Source: Convolutriloba macropyga | Taxonomy: Eukaryota | DNA length: 64,000 nucleotides | NCBI RefSeq assembly: GCF_964194025.1 | Contig: NC_134482.1 | Location: 29,202,001-29,266,000 of the forward strand | Direction of reading: 5' to 3' | Shown: in pieces, positions 1-14,074 of the stretch | Numbering within the stretch: position 1 is the stretch's first letter | Layout of the letters: each line of letters begins with the position of its first letter | Translations under genes and position numbers: made by a program | Notes under the pieces: generated by a model | Database searches by the model: none | Seen by the model: the letters and a program-made list of their open reading frames with translations, nothing else | Told to the model about the DNA's origin: nothing

Positions 1-459
1 AATACGTTTCTTGCAACGTTTTAAGATTGTAAGTCGTCGTCATGCTCAAATTGTGCATCGCCCAAAATTTCAAAATTTTTTTCGAATTTTTCACAATTTT
101 TCATGATTTTGCTATGAACATCATGGGAATCAAAACCAAGGATGTACAGTCTATTTTCAGAAAAAAAAGTATCTATGCGAATAGACTGCACATAATGAGG
201 TAGCAACATACTCTTAGGATACACTGAAACAGTACTGGGCCGACGATATGCAATTGGAATACAATGTTTCAGTACTGATTTACTATGGGACTAGGGTCCG
301 GGTAACTAAACTGATTGATGTCATAATAAAAACCACCCGTCCTCAACTTATTGTTTTGTTTTTTAAAGCCCGGCCTCGACTCTGGTGATTGCGCACTTTG
401 ATCAAGAAACCGAAGGCATTTAGTTTAAATCAAAAAGAAACTTAATTAAAAGTAATCAT

Positions 460-668
460 TGTATGCACGAAAGTCTGGACGCAAGCAATTTTGAACGTAC
501 GAATGTCTGGACATGGGGATTTTTGAACGCACGTAGAACGCACGAAAAGTTTTGAACGCGCGGAAGTCTGGACATGGGCACTTTCAATCTGAGAGGGTCT
601 GAACTTAGACACTTTCCGTCTGGGACGGCCTGGACATATCGACTTTCTGTCTGGCACCTCAACCTGGG
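460..668 (-). mobile_element. Truncated CCCAGG-family MITE (one end preserved)
   Basis: The reverse complement of 600-668 (cccaggttgaggtgccagacagaaagtcgatatgtccag) aligns with the left end of 9713-9994. Internal gtctggac repeats are present. The other terminus was not found, so the start is approximate. Confidence 0.7.
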
Positions 669-1239
669 CAGATTTTACGAATCTGGCTGTTTTATTTTTC
701 CTCGAAAGAACTGTTTCGGTTTTTCAAATTTCTCACTAAAACCTTGCAATCCCGAGTCCAGAAATCGTCGTTTTCAAACGTATGAAAATCGTCGGTGTGT
801 TTGGTGTCAGCTAGACAAAAGCAACGAAAGCCCTAATCGTTTTTCTTTGTTACCGACGAGATGTTTGCTTTATAAACGTACCATAATGTCGGTATATTTG
901 GCTTTAAACTCAAGAAAACCTCGGTACGTTTAGTTTCCAACAAGAAAAAATCATGAGAAAACGATTTGTGTACTTACTTTCTCGAAATCATATGGACTCC
1001 TTGAGTGTTCTTTGATGAAGTGAGTCCCATTAATATTGATCAAAAGGTCTTTTTAGCTTTTTAAACGGAAGAACAAGAAAAATCATATTTGTTCGCCTAG
1101 TTTTATGATTGAACCAAAGAAGAGCTCTGTTTTGCACTATTTCGGCGAAGTGTATCTATCCAACACTTACCTTTGCAATTCCTGCAATTAAAAAGTATCA
1201 TAACTTTTTACTACATTATTTACATAAAATTTTCAAGTG

Positions 1240-1990
1240 TTCATACGAAACATAGCCAAAATTTTTTATATTTGAAACCGAACATACAGAATTTATGAAA
1301 CCGAAAATGCCGACGTTTCCTTTTGTTTTGAGATAGAAGCAAAAAAGGTAATTTTAAAAACTGAACACCACTTGACGTTAAAACACCGAGCATACAAAAC
1401 TTAAGAAACCCAGCATACTGGTGTTCTCTTGCGTTCCAGACCGAACAAACCAATCTTAAGATTCAACATTGAGCATACCAAACGTTTATTACGTTTAATC
1501 TTACGCTGAATTTGAACAGAACAAATCTAACCCGAACATTTCTTATGTTTGTAACGAAACTAACCGAATCTCAGAAACAGAATATACTAACCATCTCTTA
1601 CATTTCAAAACGGAATACTTTAAAACGGAAAACATTTAGAACTTTTTATTAACAAAAATATGAAACCTAACCAGACCAAGTATGCCAATTATTTTTTGCT
1701 TTGCACTAGCATTCAAACAAATCAAATATAAGAAAACGAACACTCCGAAAAATTGTTAGGTTTCAAAACAGAACACAACGAGCATATTCTTGCGTTTAAA
1801 TACCGAACAGATAGACTTTAAGATACCGAACGTTCTGAGATTTTCTTGCGTCTCAGGAGAAGCATACCGGTGTTTTTTTTTTACTTATGAGTCCGAATAT
1901 GCAGAACAAACCACCGTACCCAGAGTTTCCAACGTGGAAATTCGAACTTAGCGAACATATCTCATTTGGTTTTTCTTCAGTCGTCGGGGT
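1240..1990. repeat. Degenerate interspersed/tandem repeat rich in aaaccgaacatac-like motifs
   Basis: Many imperfect accgaa(c/t)atac and ttcttacgtt motifs. The same motif family recurs at ~8700-9030. Boundaries are approximate. Confidence 0.5.
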
Positions 1991-2020
1991 TAACGTTCTC
2001 TCGGAAACATCAAGCAGTAA

Positions 2021-2631
2021 CCCGGGTCGAGGTTTGGCGGTGAATTTTCGTAAGAAATGCGGTGAAATGCGATGAAAAAAAAATTTCACCGCGTATTTCT
2101 TACACCTTTTTGCGGTGAATGCGGTGAACCGCGGTGAATTATTTATTTTCACCGCGTTCTCAATATTCTTACAAAAATATTCTTCATCAACCGTGTTCGA
2201 ACCTGTGACCTCCTGCATGATTTCAACTGCTTAACCCCCTGCGCAAATAGTCACTTACAGTTTTAAAATTTCTTGTGCATTTAGTTCAGATAGAGTAAAC
2301 TTTGGAAATCATATGCGGTGAATTTTTGTTAGAAATGCGGTGAATTTTGCGGTGAATTTTTGTAAGAAAAGCGGTGAAATGTGGCGAATTATTTTTTTAC
2401 CGCTTTCACCGCTTTCGCCGCATTTCTTACAATAATTTGCCACAAAAGTCGATGCGGTGAATTTTTGTAAGAAATGCGGTGATTTTTGCGGTGAATTTTT
2501 GTAAGAAATGCCGTGAAAAGCGGTGAAATATTTTTTTTGACCACATTCACCGCAATCACCGCATTTCTTACAAAAATCCACCACATTCACCGCATTTCTT
2601 ACAAAAATTTACCCAAAAACCTCGACCCGGG
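2021..2631 (+). mobile_element. Non-autonomous CMC/EnSpm-like MITE (GCGGTGAA-repeat family), copy 1
   Basis: 15-bp TIR cccgggtcgaggttt / aaacctcgacccggg, AA on both sides (2-bp TSD), and dense gcggtgaa/ttcaccgc subterminal repeats. Confidence 0.9.
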
Positions 2632-4339
2632 AAGCTATGCTGAATTTGAGAGACAATGGTTCAAATTTTAGTCACAATTAACAAAGAGGTTAGTTTATGT
2701 GCGTTTGCGCAAAATGTGCTAACCGAGGTTGGCTATATTATTAGGTAAATTGTCTACCAGGTAAAAAAAAGATATGAAACTTTTTAATGAAAAAAGAGCA
2801 GTTTATTGAGCAGTGGTGTGTGTGAGTGAAGTGAAGAATTTCTATTTTAGTAGAACGCGCGAAAGCCATACTGGAGAAGAAAGTTGGTAGAAAGAAATTG
2901 CAATCAAGCTAATACCATCTCTGAAGCAGAATAACAACAATTTTTTAGAATAGATATTCATTTTTGACAAAAAGAAGAAACAATATGCTAATCTGAATTC
3001 AATATACATCTATCTAAAAAATATGTTTCAAACGCTAATGTCGCTTGTTTAACAGGGCCTTACCTAGCCGCAGCGAAACCAAACTAAACATCATCATTTC
3101 ATTGGTCCAGAGCAGTACAACAGATTTAGAAAATTGTCAATAAGAATTTTCGCTATTTTAAAAAAAAATCAATCATTCGCTCTAAATTATCTTGCCACAT
3201 TACTTGATTCAGGGCAACTAGTCTGTTAAATTTTAGTTGACTTCTTCTTTTTCGCCATGCTGAATTTTTTGTTTGTAATTTTTTTGTTGTTTTTCACTTC
3301 ATAAACTATGAAATATCCATTTTAAAAATTATTAAATGTTTTTAGACTCTTAATTGGTCGTTCTGAGTTACAACAGATAAAAGAGCATGCTTACTAGTTA
3401 ATTCAGAAGCATTACAAAAACATAAGAAAGGTAAATTTTTGGAGACGGAAGAGTAGACTAATGGAAAGACTTTTCCTCAACTCATGAATTGACATTTGCT
3501 CAACCTTATTTTTGTAACTAAGGATTTTAAGTCGAGAAAAAATTAAGCAAACTGTCTAGGGTACATCTGGAGAATAATAGCTGGGAAAGAACTAAGTGTA
3601 AGGTTTTTGCTTCATCAGAAATCCAGAGCAGAGAATTTAAGTCCAACAAAAATTGAGAAAGAAATTTTTGGCTCAGCAAAAATCTTTCATACTGAAAAGT
3701 TGAACCATATTGAACTTGATTGCTAAATTTTGGGTCACGCATTTCATTGACTTTTCTTTGTTTTTGGCCGAGCTCAGTCTTCTCATAAGTCGAGGCCTAA
3801 TTTGGAAGACGCGAATCGCTAAACTAGATGTGTTTTCATGGCCCAATGATTATACTGCCAATTTCAATCGGATCGATTAAAAAAATAAAATGGGTCTGAA
3901 ATGATGACGAAAGAGAATTAATCGGCAAAAGATTGGGGGTTAAATTAGGTTCTACTTTGCTTGAAAGCAGATACTAATTTATATCAAATAAAGCGAATAG
4001 CATAAAAATAAAGAGGCTGAATTTGCATTCCTGCAATTGTGACTATTATAACCCGTGCTCGAGCAAAACCTGTGAAGATGAAGACAATATACCTCATTTC
4101 TGTTTTTTCTAAAGACAGAGCATAAAAAGAATGAATCTAAAGACCAGAGTTTATAAATCGTTATCTTAGACCGTTTATGTAAAATGCACTGAAACTGTCA
4201 ACGTTGACTACGTTGCAACGTTGACTAATGCGGACTGTCTGGACGCCATAAAACGTTTTTCAGCACGACGTGGCTGCCCGAAAATATTTATAGCGTTAAA
4301 TCATTGGAACTCGGGGGGAAATTGAGCTTCGAAAATTAT

Positions 4340-7300
4340 AAATGGACAGAGAGAGAAGAAAAGCACCTAAAACGGTTAAGAGCATTCGCTATAGTACAGA
4401 AACATGAGGATCAAATTGGAGCAAGCCCAAATCATGATCACGACGCATCTCTTGCATTACCCAACAATTTCAATGAATGAACTGAATCTGATATTTTATC
4501 TAACCTTCATCATGGTGTTTATTTACAAAATCAATGAAGGCTGTTTAAGCTAAAGATTTTCATTGAACTACAAAAAAACTCAAGCTCTATCGAAGGGACT
4601 TACGCAACAGGGCAGTTGTTTTTTTTTCAAAGGAATTTCCACACAGCCTAACTGGTAACCTGGATTTAACATCATCAGCAAATCATCAGGATTTGAATAC
4701 TTCTCAACTTCATTGAAATATCAAAAACACCATCTGATTTAAATAGTGCCTTTAAAATCAAAAATTCAACAAAAACCATTAAAAAAAACGATGAAAACAA
4801 AAAATAGAGTAAATTACATCAAAAGTTTTTGCTGAAATGGGTTGTTAGTCCCTCTGTCTTTGGCAAAAAGTTGACACTGCGATGATTCTCACCAATGATC
4901 AAGAAACTATCTACCCTTGCAAATCCCGCTCTGCACTTGAAGTAGTATTTATACAACTCAGATAAAAAGATCTTGTTGTTGAGTGCGTTTTTTCTTTGGT
5001 TTTCAAAAAGGCTGGTTAGGGTTATGTGTGATCCTTGCGCGCTGTTAGTATCTGAAATAATAACCACTTAGTAATAATACTCTGTATAATGCAGACACAC
5101 TGGAAGTAGTTCTAGTCATGAAATTATGCATCACAGAGCAGTGTTGCAACTGTGATCGCAGATCTAAAAATGATGAAGACTGACTTCACTGCATGCCTGG
5201 TCCACTCAACACTTGTTTTGCTTGATTCGAAAAATGATTCAGAGAGATAGAGACTTGAGGCTCTCTTTTCGGACAAAGACACTCAAAGAGCAGGACCCCA
5301 GATTGTCGTCGCAATGGTGCTCCGGTTTACTTGGCGTGGAGTTCATTTCTCTAAAGTTCAGTATACTAAAAAAACCTGAGGCTTCTTTGAAGGGTGATGT
5401 ACAAATAAAAGTGTTGCTCGTGTTTTGGTTAGATATTCAACTTGCAGCTTGCTAGCGGAAAAACAGACGTGGAAAAATGCTATTCAAGTCACAGTAATTT
5501 CCAACACTTTTTTATGGGGTAGATTTCATTTGTTGGAAGAAAGTATTTGACATTTTTCTTCTGTGTTTTAAGGAAATTTAAATTTGTTGAATGACCAGAG
5601 AAAGTTTTTCAAAAAGAGCGGATGAAAAGAAAAGCACTTAAAACGGTTAAAAGCATTGGCTATAGTACAGAAACATGAGGATCAAATTGGAGCAAGTCCA
5701 AATCATGATCACAACGCATCTCTTGTAATACTCAACAGTTTTAATGAATGAACTGAGTCTGATTTTTTATCAAACCTTCATCATGGCGTTTATTTACAAA
5801 ATCAATGAAGGTTGTTTAAGCTAAAGATTTTCATTGAACGACAAAAAACTCAAGCTCTGTCGAAGGGACTTGCGCAACAGGACAGTTATTTTTTTTCAAA
5901 GGAAACTTCCCCACAGCCTAACTGGTAACCTTGATTTAATATCATCAGCAGATCATCAGGACTTGAATACTTCACAACTTCATTGAAATATCAAAAACAC
6001 CATCTGATTTAATTAGTGCCTTTAAAAAGCAAAAATTCAACAAATACGATGAAAAAAAACGTGGAAAACAAAAAATAGAGTGAATTAAATCAAAAGTTTT
6101 TGCTGAAATTGGTTGTTACTCCCTCTGTCTTTGGCAAAAAGTTGACACCGCGAAGATTCTCACCAAAGATCAGGAAACTATCTACCCTTGCTAACCCCGC
6201 TCTGCACTGGAAGTAGAATTTTTACAACTCAGATGAAAAGATCTTGAAGTTGAGTGCTTTTTCTTTATATTTGGTTTTCAAATAAGCTGGTTAGAGTTAC
6301 TTTCGACATACTTTCGACTTACTTTGCGCAAAAGACCGAGTTAAAACAGTACAATTCACTACCAACCTGAAATTCACTACAAACCTGAAAACGGTTGGTA
6401 ATGGAAGAGAAAACTATGTGTGATCCTTGCGCCGATTAGTATCTGAAAGAGAAACCACTTAGTAATAATACTGTGTATAATCCAGACAAACTGGAAGTAG
6501 TTCTAGTCATGAAACTATGCATCACAGAGCAGCTTGCAACTGTGATCGCAGATCTAAAAATGATAAAGACTGACTACACTGCATGCCTGGTCCACTCAAC
6601 ACTTGTTCTGTTTTATTCGAAAAATGGTTCAGAGAGATAGAGACTTGAGGCTCTCTTTTGGGACAAAGACCCTCAAAGAGCAGGACCCCAGATTGTCGTC
6701 GCACCGGTGCTCCGGTTTACTTGGCGTGGAATTCATTTCTCTAAAGTTCAGTATACTAAAAAAAACCTGAGGCTTCTTTGAAGGGTGAGGTACAAATAAA
6801 AGTGTTGCTCGTGTTTTGGTTAGATATACAACTTGCAGCTTGCTGGCGGAAAAACAGACGTGGGAAAATGCTGTTCAAGTTACAGTCATTTCCAACACTT
6901 CTTTATGGGGTAGATTCCGTTTGTTGGAAGAAAGTATTGGACATTTTTCTTCTGTGGTTCCAGGAAATTTAAACTTGAGGAATGACCAGAGAAAATATTT
7001 CAAAAAGAGCGGTTGAAATGAAAAGCACTTAAAACGGTTAAGAGCAATGGCTATAGTACAGAAACATGAGGATCAAATTGGAGCGAGCCCAAATCATGAT
7101 CATGTCGCATCTCTGGTAATACTCAACGATTTCATTGAATACGCTGAATCTGAAATATTTTCTAACCTTCATCATGGCATTTACTTACAAAATCATTTAA
7201 AGCTGGTTGTGCTAGCGATTTGTTTTGACCGACAATAAAGAATCAGGCGTTGTCGGAGGTCGGAGGGATTTCAGCAACAGCAAGGACGTTTTTCAAGGAA

Positions 7301-7620
7301 ATTTTCACAAAGCCTCACATGTAACCTCGATTTATTAACATCAGCAGATCATAAGGGCTTCAATACTTCTCATCTTCCTTGAAATATCAAAAATACCATC
7401 TGACCTAATTAGTGCGTTAAAAAAGCAAAAATTCAACGATTACGGTGATTAAAAAGGTTGAAAACAAAGAACAGAGTAAACTACGTCAAAAGTTTTTGCT
7501 GAAATGCACTTGAACTGGTGTTTTTACAACTTCAAATATAGAGCTTGAAGTTGAATGCAATTTTTTTCTCTTTGGTTTTCAACCAAAATGGTTAGGATTA
7601 CTTCGACGTTTTTGCGCAAA
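4340..7620. repeat. ~1.3-1.4 kb tandem segmental repeat, about 2.5 diverged copies
   Basis: The marker ctatagtacagaaacatgaggatcaaattggagc recurs near 4390, 5660 and 7050. The ORFs at 5213 and 6778 share KVLLVFWLDIQLAAC. No product is recognisable. Confidence 0.85.
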
Positions 7621-7746
7621 GTACCGAGGTGTAAAACACTTTTTCTGTATTATGACAGTCATTTCTCTCTGACAATCACCCAAACAAAATCTGCTTCCGG
7701 CAAATTTCTGCAGTTTATTTACACAAATTGTGGCCATTTGCTCAGG

Positions 7747-8224
7747 CCCGGGTCGAGGTTTTTGGGTTAGTTATTGTAAGAAAAGCGGTGAAAGCGGTGA
7801 ATTTTTATAAGAAATGCGGTGATTGCGCTGAATGCGGTAAAAATAAACATTTCATCGTATTTCACCGCATTTCTTACAATAATTCACCGCATTTGCAAAA
7901 ATGTACCGCATTAACTTTTGTGTTACAAAAGTTCACCGCATTTCTTTCCAAAATTCAGCGCATTTGCTTTCCAACGTTTACTCAATCTGGTTTAAGTTCA
8001 CAAGAAATATCAAAGAGGTAAGTGACGGTTAGAGTTGTGGAATAAGCAGTTGACGGCATCCAGGAAGTCAAAGTCCTTTATAGTAAGAATAAAAAACGCG
8101 GTGATAATGAATAATTCGCTGCGATTCAACGCAAAAGAGTGTAAGAAATACGCGGAGAAAATTGTTTTTTCACCGCCTTTTACCGCATTTCTCACGAAAA
8201 TTTGCCGCCAAACATCGAACCGGG
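7747..8224 (-). mobile_element. GCGGTGAA-family MITE, copy 2 (inverted, more diverged)
   Basis: Starts cccgggtcgaggtttttgggt (reverse complement of the copy 1 right end) and ends ccgccaaacatcgaaccggg. The flanks GG/CG are not a perfect TSD. Confidence 0.85.
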
Positions 8225-8269
8225 CGGTGTGCCAACAAAATTTTATAGCAATTTCATATAATCGTTAGT

Positions 8270-9070
8270 ACTCATGTAGGAAAAAACGACGATACCGACG
8301 GTTTCTTACGTTTTCTAACCAAAGATTTCTCAACTAGGGTTGCCGTTCGAGTCTTCGCCACCACTGTTGCCTAGAAGTTGAATGCGTGAAGATTAACTTT
8401 AACCAACGTTTGGTTAAAGCTTGGTTTATTTGGTTCAAATGTTCTCAGATAGGTCAGTTTGCCTGTTTCCAAAATTGTAATTCTCATGTACAATTGAACT
8501 TTCGGCTGCTGTTTTGTCGTTTTATGGTGATTGCACGTGATATGCTGTTATTGGGTGAAAATTAATCAATTTCAGCTGAGCCAAAAACGACGAAAGCCCT
8601 TAGGATTTTTTCGTCGGTATCGTCGTTTTTGTTCGGTATTAAACATAAGAAAGACTCGGTATCGTCGGTATCCTCGTAACGTACTGGAGGTTTCCTGCGT
8701 TGTCAACCAAGCATACCGACTGCGTTCTCAATTATGTTACCAAAAACCGCAAACTTTTTTTAACGTCTATTAATCAAACATACCAACTCTGGCTATAATT
8801 ACCGGATCTTGCAAAACCGAACATACCGAAGCTTTCTTACGTTCTAGACCGAAAATACCGACAATTTCTTACATTTGAAACCGAATATACGGAATCTTGC
8901 ACAACCAAACATACCAAAGCTTCTTACGTTCTAGACCGAAAAAACCAACAAATTCTTACATTTGAAACGGATCATACAGAACAAACCAAACATGCCGACC
9001 ATTTCTTACGTAGAAAACCGAATCTACCCAGCATTTATTGCGTCGTTTTTGTTCGCTCTTCTCAACTAGG
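8270..9070. repeat. Decayed MITE-like repeats related to 700-930 and 1240-1990
   Basis: Shared cgacga/tcgtcg and accgaacatac motifs. Two ttctcaactaggg terminus-like strings near 8327-8339 and 9059-9070. Confidence 0.45.
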
Positions 9071-9712
9071 GAACGACAACGCTGAGGTTTATGACAACAA
9101 TGACTAAAAAAATTCCTGTTAACATAGTGACGAGGCAAAACTCGGTTTTGAAAAAAACAATGATATTGGTTGAGAAGCCAAGTTCAATGTAATCACCAAT
9201 TCATCTTCAATATAGGCGTTTGATTGATCCCTTTAAGGAGAACTGATGCGATTCGCTGAACCAACTTTTGGTGTTCAATTATCTGGAACAGTTCCTGACG
9301 ACTTTTTAAACAAAAGCAACAACGAATTAGAACGTGATTTGAATTACGAAAATTTTGGGCAATTTTTACCAACAACAATGTTTTCTTTTGAGCTTGTGTT
9401 CTATTTAGTGGTAAACCATTCAAACCTTGAAAGCATCTGAAAGTAATTTACTTTCGACAAAAAAGTGCTGCTGCGAAAAGATTGCATGTTGAAGATCAAC
9501 ATAGAATAAACGGCTGTTATAGAAAGAAAATAGTATTTCTTTTTTGACAATAATTAAACATGTTGAAGTCCACTTATGTTGGTAACATCAACCATTAGAA
9601 ATATCATAAACACTTATTAAGAGGCATTCGGATATAATTTTTAGCTTCCTCTTCCGTGGATCTCCTAATATTTGCCACACTTAGTTTCCAGATTTTCTTA
9701 TTCGGATTGACA

Positions 9713-9994
9713 CCCAGGTTGAGATACCAGACCAAAAGTTGATATATGCAGACCGTCCCAGACGGAAAGTGCATATGTACAGACTCGCCTGCGTTCAAAG
9801 CGGCCTATGTCCAGACTATCATGCGCTCACAGTTATTTATATCCAGACTATCGTGCGTTCAAAGTTAACTATGTCCAGACTATCGTGCGTTCATTTTTGT
9901 TTCCAGACCGTGCAAATTTAAACAAACGACACCACCCCTGTGCGTTCATTTCGGTCTGGATATATCGACTTTCAGTCTGGCACCTCGCCCTGGG
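9713..9994 (+). mobile_element. CCCAGG-family MITE, complete (282 bp)
   Basis: Imperfect TIRs cccaggttgagataccagac / gtctggcacctcgccctggg, CA on both sides (2-bp TSD), and internal tccagactatcgtgcgttca repeats. Confidence 0.85.
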
Positions 9995-12900
9995 CAGTCT
10001 TGCACCGCATAATTTGTTCTGAAATTGAAAAATTAGGTGGTTCAGTTAGGCATAAATGGAAGGATGGAGACATTTTTGACGATATATTTGCAGAAAAATA
10101 TTTTGGATTTTTTATTAAACAAATGTGGTGAAACATATGTAACGAACCATGGTGTTTGATGCTGAAAAGTTTAAAGCTAATTAAAATTGATCAGGGATAA
10201 CAATAACAAGAATGAACCAAGCTAGATGAAACTAGTACAAATTTATCAGATACTTAGTTACATAGTTTGTTACTTAGTTATGAGCGGTTACAATAACAAT
10301 CGCACATGCTGATTTCGAGATCGAAGTCTAATAAGATTTCTCGTTGGAACGATCTTCTGTTAGACGTTTATTTGCAGATTAAAACCAGCAGTAAGTTATA
10401 ATTTGCTGAAGGGCTATAAAATGCCCAGTTTAATCTGTCTACACAAGCATATCGCTATCCGAGGACAATTAAAACATATTATTTTGTAGAGATCTTAAAT
10501 GACTGAATAATCCTAAGTTTCATGTAAATGGGGGTTTCGATTCTAGCCCGATGAATTTTATCAGAGAAGTATTGCAAATATAACACTGTCGTATCAAAAT
10601 CAGTTTTCGACAAAAATGAACAATTTGTCGCTGGTCCTACGATCATAACGGCTTATGTGCAACATTTTATCGTTTAAATGGTTATGGGAGTTTGTGCATT
10701 CCTATATAAGCGTATGCGTTATTAATTGGATATGACTTCAAGTTGATGATTTATTTAGTTCAATCAAACTAGAGAGCAACTGAGTTTTGGAAGATCAGAA
10801 AGTTAACGAGAAGTAGTTCCGCCTACGAACGATAACTTGCACTTGACAGCATCTGTGGTTCAGTTCGGCGTTAAAAGTTAAAATCATGACCCGGATAATT
10901 CATAGTAGAGGGGACTTCTCATAGAGTAATGACATATATGATTTTTTAAAAATAATTATATGTTTACCAAAAAATACAAAAATCCAAATAGTTTTCATCA
11001 CATTTTTTTCATGAAGAAAGCACGAAAATTGAACCGCATTACCGTTAATACTCTGATTTTCTCTCTGATATAAAATCAAAATTTGGAAGCAGATGTACAA
11101 TAATAATAGTAATAAAAAATTTGAATTATCTAATATGTGATATAATAAGTTTATTAACAAGTTTTTTGCTTCGCTCTCATATATAATTTGCACTTGATGG
11201 GTTTGATTTTCATTAAGTAGTTTTTGGTCGCTTTAGAATGAAGTCCTACATGGTTTTTGAAAGCGTGTCTTAGCGTCTCAAAAATAGTTCCTGTAGTTGT
11301 TTCATACAATTGACTGTTTAGCGAGGCACATAAAGGTGTATTTCGACGACGATAAAAGAATTAACACAGGTAAATCGCCGTTTTATCCACACATGTTTTT
11401 GGTAAATAAAGAATTTTTTTAAAAAATCACTTAAACAAAGATTGAATTGCACAGTTAAACTAGAAACAACTACGGGGAACTAATTCATCATACGATACAG
11501 TTTCTAAAGTTAGTAGTAAAATTGCCCAAGTTCCAGAATTTTTATAGTGTTAATAACATAGCAGGATTTGATATATGACTATGCTTAAAAATAGTATAAC
11601 CGCAAAAAATGGTTTGAATAACGGTCTTTTGCAAAATACAAATAACCTGCTTTGTTCGTACTCACCATCAAATAATTTTTATACAAATTTTCATTGCATA
11701 TCTGCAAAAAATTTTTAGTCTGCAAAAAATTTTTAACTTCTATTCTCTGTCTCCAAAAAAATCAAATGGGCCACCAAATTAAACCGACCAGAATCGAAAA
11801 GAAAGAGTGGCTAAACACAGAAATTTTGCTGGAAAATTCTCACAAAGTATATTTTTTTTACTTGACTAGAGAGTTTTCCTACAGATGTCAGATTACTTTC
11901 TTTTTAAGGGCACCGTATAAAATTTCGTATGGGCTTAAGTACGGCTCCATTTTAATCTTGATACGGCCTTTCTACAGCAGCTTATTCAATTTGATTCGTC
12001 CTTAATACGGTAACTTAGAAGTCTTAGTATTGCCTTACAATTGTGTTAGTATGGTCGTAGAAAGCTTATTGAGGTATCCAGATCTTAGAACGGTTTTTAT
12101 TCAAGACTTATACGGTACCGTACTACAGTCTCACCAAGTGTTCCAAGTTTGGGAAACCTGGGTGATTTATTTCTTTTTCGCATCATCGAGTTATCATTGG
12201 AATCAACCCCAGGCTTAGTTTCTTTGATCAATCTGAAAGCAAATGAACAAACTTTTATGCATTTGACTTTTTTATATCTGTTTAAAAAAAATCTATAGTC
12301 AAAATTCATCAAAACTGGAAAAAATGTTCCCTACTTTGCTTTCTCCAGATTTTGATCATACGTTGAGTCAGTTCATGTTCCTCTTTATTTTTATCGTAAT
12401 TTTTTATTAATGAAACACTGCCAATGTCTTTGTCACTAACAAAATACTTGTTGGCCACGAAATCATCTTTTCTATATGATCTCGCACAGTCACTGGAAAA
12501 TCAACTACGAGTTATGAGATATTTAGATGGTTTGCATTTTAGTGCGGCTTGATTGCGGCATTTTTGGTTGATTAACCCTCTTCGAAACATTAAATAATTT
12601 TTATCAACAAAAAAAGTAACCATACGTACCTGCATCCTAAATGAGAGCCATATCTGTTTTTGTATCTTAACGAAGCTCATCATTGATCATCAGCCCTCGA
12701 CAATACATTTTTATTTCTGTTTGTTATTATGTCATTGTTTTTGGCAACCCTTTCCAAAACATCCTATTAGAGTATATTAAACTGAAGAGCGTTGGTCAAA
12801 CCGCATAGGATGGAATGTGATTGTTGGTCAAACCAAACGCATGATCAAGTTGTGAGCTTTGAACAGCAGATCAAAACTTGAAAAACAAATTTCTGCCAAA

Positions 12901-13469
12901 CCGAGCAGACCAAATTGTGGTCACTGGTCAAAATATCCAGAGCAAAATAGTTAATGACCAGAGAAAATGGAACAAAATTCGGTATTGGCCCATTTAAAGG
13001 CGCAACCGGAACGTGGTTCAGACTATAAGATATGGATAGCACCTGATCCGGCAAGTGCGACCCAAGTTGGTCTGGCCAGAAATTGTCTTGAATCTCTTAC
13101 TGCATCCTGGGATAGCAGCATATCAGAAAATGCCAAAAAATAACCCAACATAATCGAAATCATAAAACCGTTTCTTATCTTATCAAATTTGGTATTCGTT
13201 TCTGAGTTTTTGCTATTTTAACATTATTAAGCTCAACCAATATTTGCAAAAAAGACTTTAATGAGATAAAATTGGCAATTGTGACGTGGTCCTCAGTTTT
13301 AAACCGACTAACCAGACATGAAAATTTTATGTTGAAGATCGTATACGATGTCAGACATTTGACGTATTGTGTTTTTCTAGAACTAAGACGAAACACCTTC
13401 TGAAACTGAGATAAAAAAATTAGCTTTTCTGATATTGGAATGCATGACATTTTTACGACAACTTTGACA

Positions 13470-13760
13470 TACATGTAGAGAAAAACTATTTGTGAGCAAC
13501 TTTTGATTACTAGGAGTTCATGATTGACGGTAGGTTACTAAGAAAAGTTGTTTTGTTTGTTTTCTTTTGTTTGCTTTTCAGGAATTGTCACTTTTTTAGT
13601 ACTTGATATTGCTCCGATTGCCAAGGAATCATTGCTTTTTATATGATCGTTCAATTTTTCTGGAAAATTTACTTCCAGGGATAATTAGACCCGTAACTTA
13701 GTTGAATTTTTGGCGCATATGATTGTGGGTTATTTGGTTGATGGGCCAAGATGTTTTATG
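13470..13760. repeat. Diverged repeat unit whose partner lies at ~47480-47770, across the giant transposon
   Basis: Shared ordered blocks: acttttgattac.aggagt, ttgttttcttt.gttt.cttttcag, ttgctcc, ccaaggaa, tttatatgatcgttca, ggaaaat, cagggata.ttaga. Confidence 0.7.
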
Positions 13761-14074
13761 AACAGCCGAAAATGAAACAACACCTCCTTGTGTCAATACC
13801 AGGAGCCTCATATCTTTTTGTTTCATTGCTAAGATCTTATGATTGATCGTCCATCCGAGGTGACATATTTTTCATTTTTTTAAAATTCTGTATCAGTCTT
13901 TTTAGGAATTCAAACATTTATAATAACCTAATAAAAACAGATGGTTGAATTTTTACATTTTACATTCGAAGAGGTGATTTTATACTGTCATTCAATGCAA
14001 AAATAGGCAGTTTTTTTCTTAATTTTTTTCTATTTTAATTCTTTTTTATGATCCGTCTTCTAGTTATTTCCTTG

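Noticed and set aside
11908-12120. Possible small MITE (gggcaccgtataa ... ttatacggtaccg)
   Set aside because: The inverted match is short and imperfect, with no clear TSD or second copy.
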